The notes under the pieces: model-generated
What the model was told of the DNA's origin: nothing
Database searches by the model: none
The model's input: only the letters and a program-made list of their open reading frames with translations
Shown: piece by piece, positions 37,994-48,254 of the stretch
Layout of the letters: each line of letters opens with the position of its first letter
Position numbering within the stretch: position 1 is the stretch's first letter
Source of the DNA: Gemmatimonadota bacterium
GTDB lineage: Bacteria > Gemmatimonadota > Gemmatimonadetes > Longimicrobiales > Gaopeijiaceae
DNA length: 64,000 nucleotides
Direction of reading: 5' to 3'
NCBI GenBank assembly: GCA_034521595.1
Contig: JAXHMG010000003.1
Coordinates: forward strand, 1,568,001 to 1,632,000
Program-made: the position numbers and the translations under genes

Positions 37994-39358
37994 TCACGCG
38001 TCCTCGGGGAAATCCTCGAGCGTTTCCTTCAGGCGCGACAGGAAACGCGCCGCGTCGGCGCCGTCCACGATCCGGTGGTCATAGCCGAGCGTGAAGATCG
38101 CCCGCTTCCGGATGGCCATGGCGTCGGTCCCGGTTTCTTCGTCCTCGACCACGACGACCCGCTTCTCGATGGCCCCCGTCCCGAGAATCGCCGACGTTCC
38201 CTTGGGAATCACGGGCAGGCCCGCCATGGTGCCGAGCACTCCCGGATTCGTGATCGAGAACGTGGCACCTTGAACCTCTTCCGGCTTGAGCTGCTTGTCC
38301 CGTGCACGCTCCGCGAGATCGACCACCTTGTTGCCGATCCCCACGAGGCTGAGGTGGTCGGCGTCTCGCACGACCGGCACGATCAGCCCCGGATTGAGAT
38401 CGACCGCCATGCCCAGGTTCACATTGCCCCGGTACAGGAGGTTATTGCCCGACACGACTCCGTTCACCATCGGGAACTCGCGGAGCACCCGAGCGACGGC
38501 CCAGGCCACGAACGCGGTGTAGCTGACGCGCGCACCCTGCTGCTTCCACTTGGGCTTGTTGGCTGCTCGTACCTTGTCGATCGCCGAAAAGTCGATCTCG
38601 ATGAACGAGTGCACGTGAGGTGCGACCCGCTTCGCGATCACCATGTGCTCCGCCGTGAGCCGGCGCATCTTGTCCATCGGCTCGACGGTATCGGCCTCGC
38701 GCACCGGATACTCGGGGTGCTGCACTTCCTTGTAGAAGCGCGACCAGATGTCGGAGGGCGCCGCGGTCGGCTCGGCGGGCGCCGCCGCGGCCGGCTTGGC
38801 GGGAGCGGCCGGCTTGGCGGGAGCTGCCTTCTCGTCGGGCGACTCGATGAAGTCGAGGATGTCCTGCTTGGTCACCCGGCCCGCATGGCCACTCCCCTGC
38901 ACCGACGCGATGTCGACACCGTGCTCTTCGGCGATCTTGCGCACGACCGGCGTGGACCGGGTTCGCAGGCGCTCCTCGGCGCTTTGCGCGGGGGCCGTCG
39001 ACGCCACCGGCTCCGGCTCCGAGGCAGGCGCTTCGGCCTGCGCCGGCTCGGGCTCGGGCGGCGCCTCTTTCGCCGGTTCCGCCTCCGCTGCGCCACCGGA
39101 ATCGGCTGCAGCGCCGCCTTCCGTATCGATGTAGGCCACGATCGTGCCCACTTCGACGGTCTCGCCCTCTTCGACCGCGACGTCCACGATGGTACCCGAC
39201 TGGGGTGACGGAATCTCCGCGTCCACCTTGTCGGTCGAGATCTCCAGAATCGGCTCGTCGCGCTCCACGGTGTCACCCACCTGCTTGAGCCACTTCGAGA
39301 CCGTGCCTTCCGCGATGGACTCACCCATCTGCGGCATCGGAACTTCGATTCGAGCCAC
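37994..39358 (-). CDS. 2-oxoacid dehydrogenase E2 (dihydrolipoamide acyltransferase)
   Basis: Lipoyl domain STDKV; E3-binding STPVVRKIA; catalytic DHRIVDG. Confidence 0.92.
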   Translation of the reverse strand: MARIEVPMPQMGESIAEGTVSKWLKQVGDTVERDEPILEISTDKVDAEIPSPQSGTIVDVAVEEGETVEVGTIVAYIDTEGGAAADSGGAAEAEPAKEAPPEPEPAQAEAPASEPEPVASTAPAQSAEERLRTRSTPVVRKIAEEHGVDIASVQGSGHAGRVTKQDILDFIESPDEKAAPAKPAAPAKPAAAAPAEPTAAPSDIWSRFYKEVQHPEYPVREADTVEPMDKMRRLTAEHMVIAKRVAPHVHSFIEIDFSAIDKVRAANKPKWKQQGARVSYTAFVAWAVARVLREFPMVNGVVSGNNLLYRGNVNLGMAVDLNPGLIVPVVRDADHLSLVGIGNKVVDLAERARDKQLKPEEVQGATFSITNPGVLGTMAGLPVIPKGTSAILGTGAIEKRVVVVEDEETGTDAMAIRKRAIFTLGYDHRIVDGADAARFLSRLKETLEDFPEDA

Positions 39359-39504
39359 GCTCGATTACTCCGGTTTACCGTTGGTCAGGTCCAGCGACGC
39401 GTCGGTTACCCGGCACGCCGCGCTTCGATCCTACCTCGTGCTTCTACGCTCGAACGTGCGCCACGTCCCTCGCACGCCCGGTCCTTCGCCCATCGACAGC
39501 ATGC

Positions 39505-40533
39505 TCAATACGCCACCAGATAGCGACCGGCTTCGACGATGTCCTCGGTCTGTGGAAGAAAGTAATCCTCCAACGAGCCGGAGTAAGGTACCGGCGCATC
39601 AATCGCCGTCACGCGCATCATCGGGGCATCGAGCCACTCGAACGCCGTCTCGCTCACGCGCATGGCGATCTCGCCCGCAATGCCTCCCGTGCGCGTGTCT
39701 TCGTGCACGATGAGCAGCCGTCCCGTCTTCTTGACGCTCTCTACGACCGCTTCGTCGTCCATTGGCAACAACGTCCGCAGATCGATGATCTCCACGGACG
39801 CACCGTCGTCCCGCTCCAAGATCTCGGCCGCTTCAGTGCTCTTGTGTACCATGGCTCCGTACGTGACCAGGGTCAGGTCCGTGCCTTCCCGTACGGTCCG
39901 GGCCACCCCGAGCGGCACCACGTAGTCCTCGTCCGGCAGCACCTCTCGCAGGGCCGGAGCACGGTAGAGGCCTTTGTGCTCCTCGAACAATACCGGATTG
40001 TCGTCTCGAATGGCGGCTTTGAGCAACCCCTTCGCATCGTAGGACGTGCTCGGGTAGACGATCTTCAGGCCCGGTGTGTGAAAAAAGGCCATCTCCACGT
40101 TCTGGGAGTGAAACGGCCCGCCCCGATTCCCACCGCCGACGGGCCCTCGGATCACCAGCGGTAACGGCCCCGCGCCCCTGTACCGTGACGTTGCAATATA
40201 ATTCGTGATGACGTCGTAGGCCGGCGAGATGAAGTCCATGAACTGGATCTCCACGACCGGACGAAGTCCCATGTGGGCTGCGCCCGCCGCCGCTCCCGTG
40301 AAGCCTCCTTCGGCGATCGGAGTGTCGATGACCCGTGACGCGCCGAAGTGATCGAGGAAGCCCCGGGTCACCTTGAACGCGCCCCCGTACACACCGATGT
40401 CTTCGCCCAGGAGGAAGACGTCGTCGTCGGCGGACATCTCCTCGAAGAGGGCCTCGCTGATGGCTTCCAGTAGCGTGACCGGCTCCTGGTTGCGGGTCTT
40501 CAAGAGGTGCTCGGGTACACCTTGGTCGGTCAT
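39505..40533 (-). CDS. 2-oxoacid dehydrogenase E1 beta subunit (copy 2)
   Basis: GEDIGVYGGAFK, DTPIAEGG, GPFHSQ, DLRTLLP. Confidence 0.92.
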   Translation of the reverse strand: MTDQGVPEHLLKTRNQEPVTLLEAISEALFEEMSADDDVFLLGEDIGVYGGAFKVTRGFLDHFGASRVIDTPIAEGGFTGAAAGAAHMGLRPVVEIQFMDFISPAYDVITNYIATSRYRGAGPLPLVIRGPVGGGNRGGPFHSQNVEMAFFHTPGLKIVYPSTSYDAKGLLKAAIRDDNPVLFEEHKGLYRAPALREVLPDEDYVVPLGVARTVREGTDLTLVTYGAMVHKSTEAAEILERDDGASVEIIDLRTLLPMDDEAVVESVKKTGRLLIVHEDTRTGGIAGEIAMRVSETAFEWLDAPMMRVTAIDAPVPYSGSLEDYFLPQTEDIVEAGRYLVAY

Positions 40534-40544
40534 AACCACCCTTT

Positions 40545-41624
40545 TTAAACGGCCTGCGTGGAACCGGGATCGGCCCAGATCCGGCGGTCGGTCCGCTCGG
40601 ATTCCGCATAAACCCCCGGAAGCGTATCGTGGGCTCCGGAGAGCGACGCGTTCCTCACGCGCTCCAGGGCAGCGGCGCACCGGCTCGCCGCTCGCGCTTC
40701 CAGCGTCGCGAGCTCGTCCTCGGACGCAACCTCGTCGGCGACCATCCGAGTGCGGAGCCGCTCCAGCGGGTCGACGCCCGTGTAGCGGATCTCGACCAGC
40801 TGAACGCCGTCGCCCCGGCGGGCCCGTTCCGCGGCGTGCCGCACCGCCACGACGATCTCGGAGAGATCCGCACCGTCCACGGACGCCGAGCCGAGACCGT
40901 AGCCCCGGGCCTTCTCGGTGAAGCTCTCGAGCCGGCTGTGGCGGCGGGCCGCCGCCTCGTCCTCGCGGCCGGCCTCCACCACCAGGACCATCGGGCAGCG
41001 CCTGGCCGCGGCGAACACGAGCCCTTCATGCCAAGCGCCCGTGGACGTCGCGCCGTCACTGTCGCAGACCACCCCGACGCGCGCCTCACCCCGCATCCGG
41101 AACCCCAAGCACATGCCGCCGACGACCTCGACCAGCAGCCCCAAGGGGACGACCGGCGCCAGTAAGCCCGCCTGCAGGTCGACGTGATGGAGCTCGGTGC
41201 CCACCTCTCGGAACGGTCCCGCCCGGCCCGCCAGGTGCTCCTCGAAAAAACCGTCGAGCGAAAGCCCGTAGCGTTCGAGCGCCCCGGCCGCGCGGAACGT
41301 CGGCGCGAAGATATCGCCCGTGCCATCCGAGGCGGGTCGCAGCGCGTGTGCGACCCCGACCGCCCCCCCTTCACGAAACGCCGGGCGGTTCGGCGCGCCC
41401 CTCACGAGGCCAGCGTCTTCGAGCGCCACCAGCCGAGACGCCGCGGCGCGAGAGACGGCCACGGCGGAGAACAGGTCGCGGAGCTCGGCGTTACCGAGGA
41501 TCGAATCCGCCGTGTCGTCGGCATGGACCGGCTCACGCGAGTCCCGACCCGTGCCGGCGAAAGGAATCGCGGACCTGGGAAGACCCGAGGACGATTCAGG
41601 CGCGTCCCCTGCGTCGGGTGTCAA
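40545..41624 (-). CDS. Divergent E1 alpha-like protein, probably catalytically impaired
   Basis: Collinear with the 25804 paralogue but has DSDG for GDG, lacks the TPP-motif Asn and lacks the R..GH...D loop. Confidence 0.7.
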   Translation of the reverse strand: MTPDAGDAPESSSGLPRSAIPFAGTGRDSREPVHADDTADSILGNAELRDLFSAVAVSRAAASRLVALEDAGLVRGAPNRPAFREGGAVGVAHALRPASDGTGDIFAPTFRAAGALERYGLSLDGFFEEHLAGRAGPFREVGTELHHVDLQAGLLAPVVPLGLLVEVVGGMCLGFRMRGEARVGVVCDSDGATSTGAWHEGLVFAAARRCPMVLVVEAGREDEAAARRHSRLESFTEKARGYGLGSASVDGADLSEIVVAVRHAAERARRGDGVQLVEIRYTGVDPLERLRTRMVADEVASEDELATLEARAASRCAAALERVRNASLSGAHDTLPGVYAESERTDRRIWADPGSTQAV

Positions 41625-41627
41625 ACG

Positions 41628-42008
41628 TCAGGGCTCCGGCTCGTCCGGCGTGCCGCCCCCTCCGGGCGTCGCCGGAGTTGCTTCCCCACCGCCTCCACCG
41701 GGCAGAACCGGCTCGGGTTGTGTCTGGGGGTTCGCGGGCTGATCGACCTCGATGATCGACTCGGGCGCCTGCGTACGGGACGACATGATCGACAGAACCA
41801 GGGCGAGCACCATGAAGATGCTTCCGGCCACCCAGGTGGCTCGGGTGAGCACGGTCTGAGCCTGGCGACCACCGAGGACGCCTTCGGTCATGGTGGAACC
41901 GCTACCACCAACGGCGGCCAAGCCGCCTCCTTTCCCTGCTTGGAGCAGGATGACGACCGATAAGATGATGCCGTCGAGGACCATCAGGGCGAGCAAGAAT
42001 CCGTACAT
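41628..42008 (-). CDS. secG: Preprotein translocase subunit SecG
   Basis: ILLQAGKGGGL...LTRAT; two TM helices. Confidence 0.9.
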   Translation of the reverse strand: MYGFLLALMVLDGIILSVVILLQAGKGGGLAAVGGSGSTMTEGVLGGRQAQTVLTRATWVAGSIFMVLALVLSIMSSRTQAPESIIEVDQPANPQTQPEPVLPGGGGGEATPATPGGGGTPDEPEP

Positions 42009-42076
42009 CGTCTATAGTTCCCTGTGAACAGCCTGCGCGGGCGAGACCGTAAACGTCGATCAGCCCATGGGGAGTG

Positions 42077-42826
42077 TCAACGGCTTGCCGCCGCCCCGAT
42101 CGCCGCGAACGAGCCCGGATCGAAGCTCGCCCCTCCGACCAGGACGCCGTCCACGTCCTGCGCGGCCAGAAGCGCCGCCGCGTTCGCCGGCTTCACCGAT
42201 CCTCCATAGAGGATCGGGACGTTCGGCGCGCCGGCCACCCCGACTCCGTCCTCCAAGCAGCCACGGAGCGTCGCGTGCGCTGCCGCGGCGTCGTCCGGTG
42301 TCGCGGTCTCGCCGGTTCCGATCGCCCAGACCGGCTCATACGCCACCAGGAATCGGACCCCCTCGTGTGCGAGGGCCGGCAGCACGAAGCCGAGCTGGCG
42401 CAGGATCACGTCTTCGACCCGGCCGGCACGTCGTTCTTCCAAGGTTTCCCCGACACATACGACGGGCGTGAGCTCGTGCCGGATCGCGGCCTCGACCTTG
42501 TTGCGCACCTCTTCGTCGGTCTCACCGAACACGTGCCGTCGCTCGGAGTGGCCGACCAACACGAAGGTGGCGCCCGCATCCCGAGCCATCCGCGCCGAAG
42601 TCTCGCCGGTGAAGGCGCCCTCGTCTTCCCAATGGATATGCTGTACGCCGAGCGCAACACGCGGTAACCGTTCGCTCGCCCGCACCGCATCCGAGAGGGA
42701 GATCGTCGGTGGAAAGATCACGACCTCGTGTTCCTCGTCGACCTCGTCGAGCGCCAGTCCCTCGAAGAACGCGCGGGTCTCGGCCGGACCGTGGTGCATC
42801 TTCCAGTTGCCCGCGATCACCGACAT
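42077..42826 (-). CDS. tpiA: Triosephosphate isomerase
   Basis: AGNWKM, GHSERR, AYEPVWAIGTG, YGGSVK, LVGGAS. Confidence 0.96.
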   Translation of the reverse strand: MSVIAGNWKMHHGPAETRAFFEGLALDEVDEEHEVVIFPPTISLSDAVRASERLPRVALGVQHIHWEDEGAFTGETSARMARDAGATFVLVGHSERRHVFGETDEEVRNKVEAAIRHELTPVVCVGETLEERRAGRVEDVILRQLGFVLPALAHEGVRFLVAYEPVWAIGTGETATPDDAAAAHATLRGCLEDGVGVAGAPNVPILYGGSVKPANAAALLAAQDVDGVLVGGASFDPGSFAAIGAAASR

Positions 42827-42827
42827 C

Positions 42828-44051
42828 CTAAATCTCCTCTTGCGAGACGCTGGCTGGCGTGAGTGACGCGACGCCCGGTAGGACTTCGCCGGCCAGCAGG
42901 TCGAGCGAAGCCCCCCCACCCGTGGAGATATGGGAGATACGGTCCGCCACTCCCGCCCTCTCGGCAGCAGCACCGGAATCGCCTCCCCCCACGATGCCGA
43001 GGGCTCCATCGTCGCACGCTTCGGCCACGGCATGGGCGATCGACATCGTGCCCTCGGCGAACGGGGGCATCTCGAAGACTCCCATCGGCCCGTTCCAGAC
43101 GATGGTCCGCGCCTCGCCAACGAGCGCGGCGTAGTGCGCACGCGTCCTGGGCCCGATATCCATGATCCGGTCATCCGGGCCCACCGCTTCACGGTCGACG
43201 ACTCGGGTCCGGGCATCGGCCGCGACTTCATCCGCCACGATACAGTCGAGAGGCAGCACGAGCTGATTTTCCGCCTCACGGATGAGCTCCCGGGCCATGT
43301 CCACCCGGTCCTCCTCGACCAACGACGCACCGGTATCGAGCCCCAGAGCTCGAAAGAAGGTGTTGGCCATGGCGCCCCCGATGAGCAGACGATCCACTTT
43401 TCGCAGCAGGGCCGAGATGACGGGGATCTTTCCCGACATCTTCGCGCCTCCGAGAATGCCGATGAACGGTCGCTCCGGGTCACGCAGCGCGTCGTTCAGG
43501 AAGCGCAACTCACGGTCGAGGAGCATCCCGACGACCGCTTCACCCCCTCGCTCGATCACCGCCTCGGCGAGCCCCGACGTCGACGCATGGGCTCGATGGG
43601 CCGTTCCGAACGCGTCATAGACGAACAGGTCGGCGAGCGAAGCCCACGCCCCGGCCAACTCCGGATCGTTCCCCGTGTCGCCTGGAAGGTAGCGCGTGTT
43701 CTCGAGCAACAGCACGCCACCGTCGGACAGGTCCCGGACGGCCGCTTCGACGGAGGGTCCCACGGGCTCGGGCACGAACTCAACGGGACGCCCGAGCAGT
43801 TCCTCCAGCCGCTCGGCCACCGGGGCTAGCGTGTATTTCGGCTCCGGCCGTCCCTTCGGTCGGCCCATATGGGACATGACCACGGTTCGGGCTCCGGCAT
43901 CCGACAGCATTCGCAGTGTAGGAAGTGACGCCCGAATCCGTCCGTCGTCCGTGATGCGACCGTTCTCGGTCGGGACGTTGAAGTCGGCACGAACGAGAGC
44001 AACCCGTCCGCTCAGGCGCGCAGGATCGAGGTTCGAGAGTTTCTTTCTCAT
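42828..44051 (-). CDS. pgk: Phosphoglycerate kinase
   Basis: RADFNVP, HMGRPKG, LENTR, WNGPMGVFE, HISTGGGASL. Confidence 0.96.
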   Translation of the reverse strand: MRKKLSNLDPARLSGRVALVRADFNVPTENGRITDDGRIRASLPTLRMLSDAGARTVVMSHMGRPKGRPEPKYTLAPVAERLEELLGRPVEFVPEPVGPSVEAAVRDLSDGGVLLLENTRYLPGDTGNDPELAGAWASLADLFVYDAFGTAHRAHASTSGLAEAVIERGGEAVVGMLLDRELRFLNDALRDPERPFIGILGGAKMSGKIPVISALLRKVDRLLIGGAMANTFFRALGLDTGASLVEEDRVDMARELIREAENQLVLPLDCIVADEVAADARTRVVDREAVGPDDRIMDIGPRTRAHYAALVGEARTIVWNGPMGVFEMPPFAEGTMSIAHAVAEACDDGALGIVGGGDSGAAAERAGVADRISHISTGGGASLDLLAGEVLPGVASLTPASVSQEEI

Positions 44052-44109
44052 GCTCCGAGCGCAGAAAATCGGGGGAACGTCGAGCGCGACGGACGGATCC
44101 GCCACGCGT

Positions 44110-44394
44110 TAGCAGCCCGTGGCAGAAGTTGGGTGGGCCGCGTTGGGACGCCACGGCCCCAGACCCTAGGCGACACGACGAGGCATAGCCCTGAGCTACG
44201 TCAAGGAGTGGCAACGACGGAGATGGGGCCGTGCCGCCCAACCCGAAGGCACGGGGTTGCGGCATCTACTGCGTCAAGCTCCTCCGACGTTGGCATCGCA
44301 TTCGTCGCTCTTCCTTGTCTGATATCCGCAAGACCCGGGCACCGCCGCGCAGCGGTGGTCGCGCGGCCCACCCAACTTCTGCCACGGGCTGCTA
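44110..44394. mobile_element. MITE-like element with perfect 33-bp terminal inverted repeats
   Basis: 44110-44142 is the exact reverse complement of 44362-44394; no transposase. Confidence 0.7.
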
Positions 44395-45405
44395 GGAGAG
44401 CCGCTCTCCGACGTAGCTCACCAGGTCCACGACACGGGAGGAATATCCCCACTCGTTGTCGTACCAGGACACCACCTTCACCATCCGTCCCTGAACGACA
44501 TTGGTGGAGAGGCTGTCGACGACCGAGCTCAGTGGATTCCCCGTGTAGTCGATCGACACGAGCGGCTCGTCGCAGACGCCGAGAATCCCGTTCATGGCAC
44601 CCTTCGACACCTCGGCGAACGTCTCGTTCACCTCTTCGATCGTCGTGTCTTTCTCGACCTCGGCGACGAGGTCCACCAACGAGACGTCCGGCGTCGGCAC
44701 CCGGATCGCCATGCCGTCGATCCGACCGTCCACCTCGGGCAAGACCAGGCCCGTGGCTCGCGCCGCACCGGTCGTCGTGGGGATCATCGACATCGCTGCC
44801 GCCCGCGAGCGACGAGCATCCTTGTGCGGAAGGTCGAGAATACGCTGGTCGTTCGTGTAGGAGTGCACCGTGGTCATCAGACCGTGCCGGAATCCGAATC
44901 GGTCACTCAGGACCTTCACCACCGGCGCGAGGCAGTTCGTGGTGCAACTCGCATTGGAGATCACGTCGTGGCGCTCAGGATCGTAGCTGTCCTCGTTCAC
45001 GCCGAGCACGACGGTGACGTCTTCCCCTTTGCCCGGCGCCGTGATGACGACCTTGCGCGCCCCTCCCTCTAGGTGTTTGGCGGCCGCGTCCCGGCTCGTG
45101 AAGAGCCCGGTCGACTCCACGACCACGTCTACGCCGAGGTCGGCCCACGGGAGCTTCGCGGGATCCCGCTCGCTCAACACCCGAACGGGGTCACCGTCGA
45201 CGACGATCCCGTCGTCGGAGAGCTCGATCGTCCCGGGGTATTGTCCGTGAACCGAGTCGTACCGGAGCAAATGCGCCAGGGTCTCGGCGTCGGTCAGGTC
45301 GTTCACGGCGACGAAATCAATATCCGTTCGCCCTGCTTGCTTGGCGCTCCGGAGGACGTTCCGTCCGATTCGCCCGAACCCGTTGATCGCTACTCGCACC
45401 GCCAT
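44392..45405 (-). CDS. gap: Glyceraldehyde-3-phosphate dehydrogenase
   Basis: [30 protein letters not shown]. Confidence 0.97.
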   Translation of the reverse strand: MAVRVAINGFGRIGRNVLRSAKQAGRTDIDFVAVNDLTDAETLAHLLRYDSVHGQYPGTIELSDDGIVVDGDPVRVLSERDPAKLPWADLGVDVVVESTGLFTSRDAAAKHLEGGARKVVITAPGKGEDVTVVLGVNEDSYDPERHDVISNASCTTNCLAPVVKVLSDRFGFRHGLMTTVHSYTNDQRILDLPHKDARRSRAAAMSMIPTTTGAARATGLVLPEVDGRIDGMAIRVPTPDVSLVDLVAEVEKDTTIEEVNETFAEVSKGAMNGILGVCDEPLVSIDYTGNPLSSVVDSLSTNVVQGRMVKVVSWYDNEWGYSSRVVDLVSYVGERLS

Positions 45406-45469
45406 GATTCTCGGTCCTGTTTGGTGATGGAAAGGAGGTGTGGGAAGTCTCTTCCCGGAAACATAACCC

Positions 45470-46225
45470 TCAAGCTACCCGCCGCGCTCCGTTGCTCAGG
45501 GAGCGGGCGAACGTCACCACCCCGACGCGCGCCGCCTCCAGCTCCGCGAGCGCCTCCGCCGCCGCCGAGACGGTCGCACCCGTCGTGAGCACATCGTCCA
45601 CGAGCAGCACGGATCGCCCCCGTACGCGGTCGGCGTCGGCGGCGGGCGCGAACGCGTTCCGGACGTTCCGGCGCCGCTGCTCGGGAGTCAGCGCCGTCTG
45701 TGAGCTCGAAGCACCGGTGCGGACGAGCGCAACCGCCGAAGGCAGCCGTCGAACCTCCGCGATACGGTGAGCGAGCAACCCCGCTTGGTTGTACCCTCGC
45801 GCGCGCATGCGTCCCGGCGTGGTCGGAATCGCGACGACGAGGGGATTTGGAGTGAGCGGGGGGAGCTCCATCCGAGCCATCACGTCGCCCATGAACGGGG
45901 CCAGCTCGCGCCAGCCTTCGTACTTCAACCCGTGCACCAGATCGTCGACGGGAGGCGCGAGCTCGTATGCGAACCGGGCCCCGGCAAGGATATCCGGCCA
46001 ATCGGCGCACTCCCGACACTCCAGCGAACCGAGGCGGCCACTCCCTCGGGGCCAATGACAGCGTGGGCACCGGGGCCACGAACCCGGGCGCATCCGCGTT
46101 CGACAGAAATCGCATACCAGTTTCGGGGGGCTCCCTTCACGGGCGGGGATCCACCCACCGCAGGCGACGCACCCTCCCGGGAGGAGGAGCTCGACGAGGT
46201 CGGCGGCCCAACCACGAAGCGCCAT
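45470..46225 (-). CDS. comF: ComF family protein (double zinc ribbon plus PRTase)
   Basis: Four CxxC motifs; [17 protein letters not shown]. Confidence 0.88.
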   Translation of the reverse strand: MALRGWAADLVELLLPGGCVACGGWIPAREGSPPKLVCDFCRTRMRPGSWPRCPRCHWPRGSGRLGSLECRECADWPDILAGARFAYELAPPVDDLVHGLKYEGWRELAPFMGDVMARMELPPLTPNPLVVAIPTTPGRMRARGYNQAGLLAHRIAEVRRLPSAVALVRTGASSSQTALTPEQRRRNVRNAFAPAADADRVRGRSVLLVDDVLTTGATVSAAAEALAELEAARVGVVTFARSLSNGARRVA

Positions 46226-46229
46226 CCGC

Positions 46230-47069
46230 TCACGCTCCGGAAGCACCGTCGAGGGCGTCCCGCATGGCATCGACAGGTGCCTCTACGTTCCACCAACGTT
46301 CGAACGCCACCGCACCTTGCTGCACGAGCATCTCCAGGCCGTCCGTCACGCGAACGCCCTGTCGATCCGCCGCACGCACGAACGCCGTGGGCTGGGGCGC
46401 GTACACGAGGTCCATCGCAGCGCCCACCGTACCCAGTGCCCCGAAGTCGATCGGAGACGGATCGTCGGGCGCGAGCCCGAGCGGCGTGGCGTTGACGACG
46501 AGGTCGAACTCCATCCCCTTCAGGTTGGACGCTTCGTCCAAGACCCGTGCGCGCTCGCCTCCGATCCGACGTGCCACGGCACGGGCGTGCTCGGGGGTTC
46601 GGTTGAACAGCGTCACCCCCTCGACCTCCTCGCGCATCAAGGCGAGGAGGACGGCGCGCGCGGCGCCACCGGCACCGAGCAGGAGGACGCGCCGACCCGC
46701 GATCGGCTCCGAGAGGAAGGAACGGAGCGCGCGTCGGAAGCCTTCGACGTCGGTGTTGTCTCCGTGGACGCGGCCCTTCTCATCGCCCCAAAAGGTGTTG
46801 CACGCTCCTGTCCGCCACACGGCCTCGCTCGCTTCGTCGAGCAATCCCGCGGCCCGCTGCTTGTGGGGAAGCGTGACGTTCCCTCCTCCCCCCGCCCGCG
46901 CGATTCCGCGGACGAGCCCCGCCAGCTCGTCGGCACCGCAGCTCAGCGTCACATAGACCCCGTCCACCCCCGCCTTCGCGAAGCCCGCGTTCTGCATGTC
47001 CGGCGAGGCGGAGTGCCCCACGGGATCGCCGAGGAGGACCAGCAAACGGGTCGCTGCCGTGACCGTCAC
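46230..47069 (-). CDS. aroE: Shikimate dehydrogenase
   Basis: GDPVGHSASP, NVTLPHK, NTDVEG, GAGGAARA, DLVY, GLEMLVQQG. Confidence 0.92.
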   Translation of the reverse strand: MTVTAATRLLVLLGDPVGHSASPDMQNAGFAKAGVDGVYVTLSCGADELAGLVRGIARAGGGGNVTLPHKQRAAGLLDEASEAVWRTGACNTFWGDEKGRVHGDNTDVEGFRRALRSFLSEPIAGRRVLLLGAGGAARAVLLALMREEVEGVTLFNRTPEHARAVARRIGGERARVLDEASNLKGMEFDLVVNATPLGLAPDDPSPIDFGALGTVGAAMDLVYAPQPTAFVRAADRQGVRVTDGLEMLVQQGAVAFERWWNVEAPVDAMRDALDGASGA

Positions 47070-47611
47070 CGCCGGGCCTCGGGCTCGAGCCGGAGCAGAA
47101 CCTTCTCGACCAGCTCTTCGAGCCTCTCGTATGTCTTGTCGTACTCACGGTCGGAGCTTCCCACGGGATCCGGGATCCCCTCCGTCTCCGCCGCGGTCTC
47201 CCGCCCTTCGGCGTACGCGGGCAGCAATGCGGCGCGTCCTCCACCCCCGAGGTCGCTCACACGCATCAGGTGGCTGCGTGACATGGTCAAGATGAGATCC
47301 GCCCACTCGACCTCGCGGCGGGTCAACAACGTGGCTCGGTGGTCGGCGAGGTCGATGCCACGTGCCGCGGCCGCCCGCACCGCTCCACCGGACGGCGGGG
47401 AGCCCGGGAACGCGCCGGCTCCGGCCGAGCGGACTTCGAAGCCCTCCCAACCCCGAGTCCGGAGGATATCCCGGGTGATCGCTTCGGCCATGGGACTGCG
47501 ACACGTGTTGCCGGAACACACGAAGAGGAGTCGATAGGTCCCTCCCTGCCTCCGGCCTTCCGGCGTCGCATCCGTGCGCGGTCCGTCACCGTCAGTGGTC
47601 GGGTCGCTCAT
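47066..47611 (-). CDS. Low-molecular-weight protein phosphatase (Arg/Tyr)
   Basis: P-loop VCSGNTCRSPMAE; IPDPVG. Confidence 0.88.
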   Translation of the reverse strand: MSDPTTDGDGPRTDATPEGRRQGGTYRLLFVCSGNTCRSPMAEAITRDILRTRGWEGFEVRSAGAGAFPGSPPSGGAVRAAAARGIDLADHRATLLTRREVEWADLILTMSRSHLMRVSDLGGGGRAALLPAYAEGRETAAETEGIPDPVGSSDREYDKTYERLEELVEKVLLRLEPEARR

Positions 47612-48254
47612 GAATCTCCGGTATGGCACAGCGCAGGCGTCCCGTGGGAATGCTGCCTTCCCGCAGGACGATCGGAACGGGCCCCGTGCAGTCCACCACC
47701 GTGGACGGCAAGGAGGGAGGGAGCGTGCCTCCGTCCAGCACCAAGATCTCGTCCGGGCCGAGCTCCCCAGCAACCTCCAACGCCTCCCTACCCGTTCGAG
47801 CGGGGCGTGTGCCGGGCACGTTCAGGCTCGTCGACGTGATCGGTCGACCATACGCGGCCAGAAGCCGGCGCACGAACGGATGAGGGCTCACCCTCACGCC
47901 CACGCCATCCGTGCGTTCACTCCGAATCCCGACCGGGAAAATATGGTTCGAATCTTTCAGGACCAGAGTGAGCGCGCCCGGCCAGAAGGCCCGGGCCAGC
48001 GTACGCGCCGCCTCGGACCAAGCGAGCGCCGCCACGGCTTCCGGGCCGTCGACGAGCACCAACAGGGGTTTCGAGCCGTCCCGAGCCTTCAACGTCTGGA
48101 CCTTCCGGACAGCCTCGCTCGTGACCGATCCACCCAACCCGTAAACGGTCTCGGTCGGATACGCGAGAAGACGACCTTTCTCGAGGTGAGCGAGCACGGG
48201 CATCAAATCCGTATCGGGATCTCCCCTGAGATCGATACGCCGTGCCGTCCTCAT
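47592..48254 (-). CDS. tsaC: Threonylcarbamoyl-AMP synthase (YrdC/Sua5 family)
   Basis: YPTETVYGLG, K.R...KPL, WPGALT, STSLN, STVVD, LREG. Confidence 0.9.
   Translation of the reverse strand: MRTARRIDLRGDPDTDLMPVLAHLEKGRLLAYPTETVYGLGGSVTSEAVRKVQTLKARDGSKPLLVLVDGPEAVAALAWSEAARTLARAFWPGALTLVLKDSNHIFPVGIRSERTDGVGVRVSPHPFVRRLLAAYGRPITSTSLNVPGTRPARTGREALEVAGELGPDEILVLDGGTLPPSLPSTVVDCTGPVPIVLREGSIPTGRLRCAIPEIHERPDH

Noticed and set aside
38750-38830. Short repeats GCCGGCTTGGCGGGAGC in the E2 gene
   Set aside because: They encode the ordinary Ala/Pro/Lys linker (APAKPAAPAKPA)
44110-44394. tmRNA, RNase P or SRP RNA between gap and pgk
   Set aside because: No tRNA-like ends or tag frame and no RNase P or SRP signature recognised; perfect terminal inverted repeats fit a MITE better
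45429-45441. AAAGGAGGTG / anti-SD-like CACCTCCTTT upstream of gap
   Set aside because: No rRNA context and no properly spaced credible ORF; treated as chance or local leader structure
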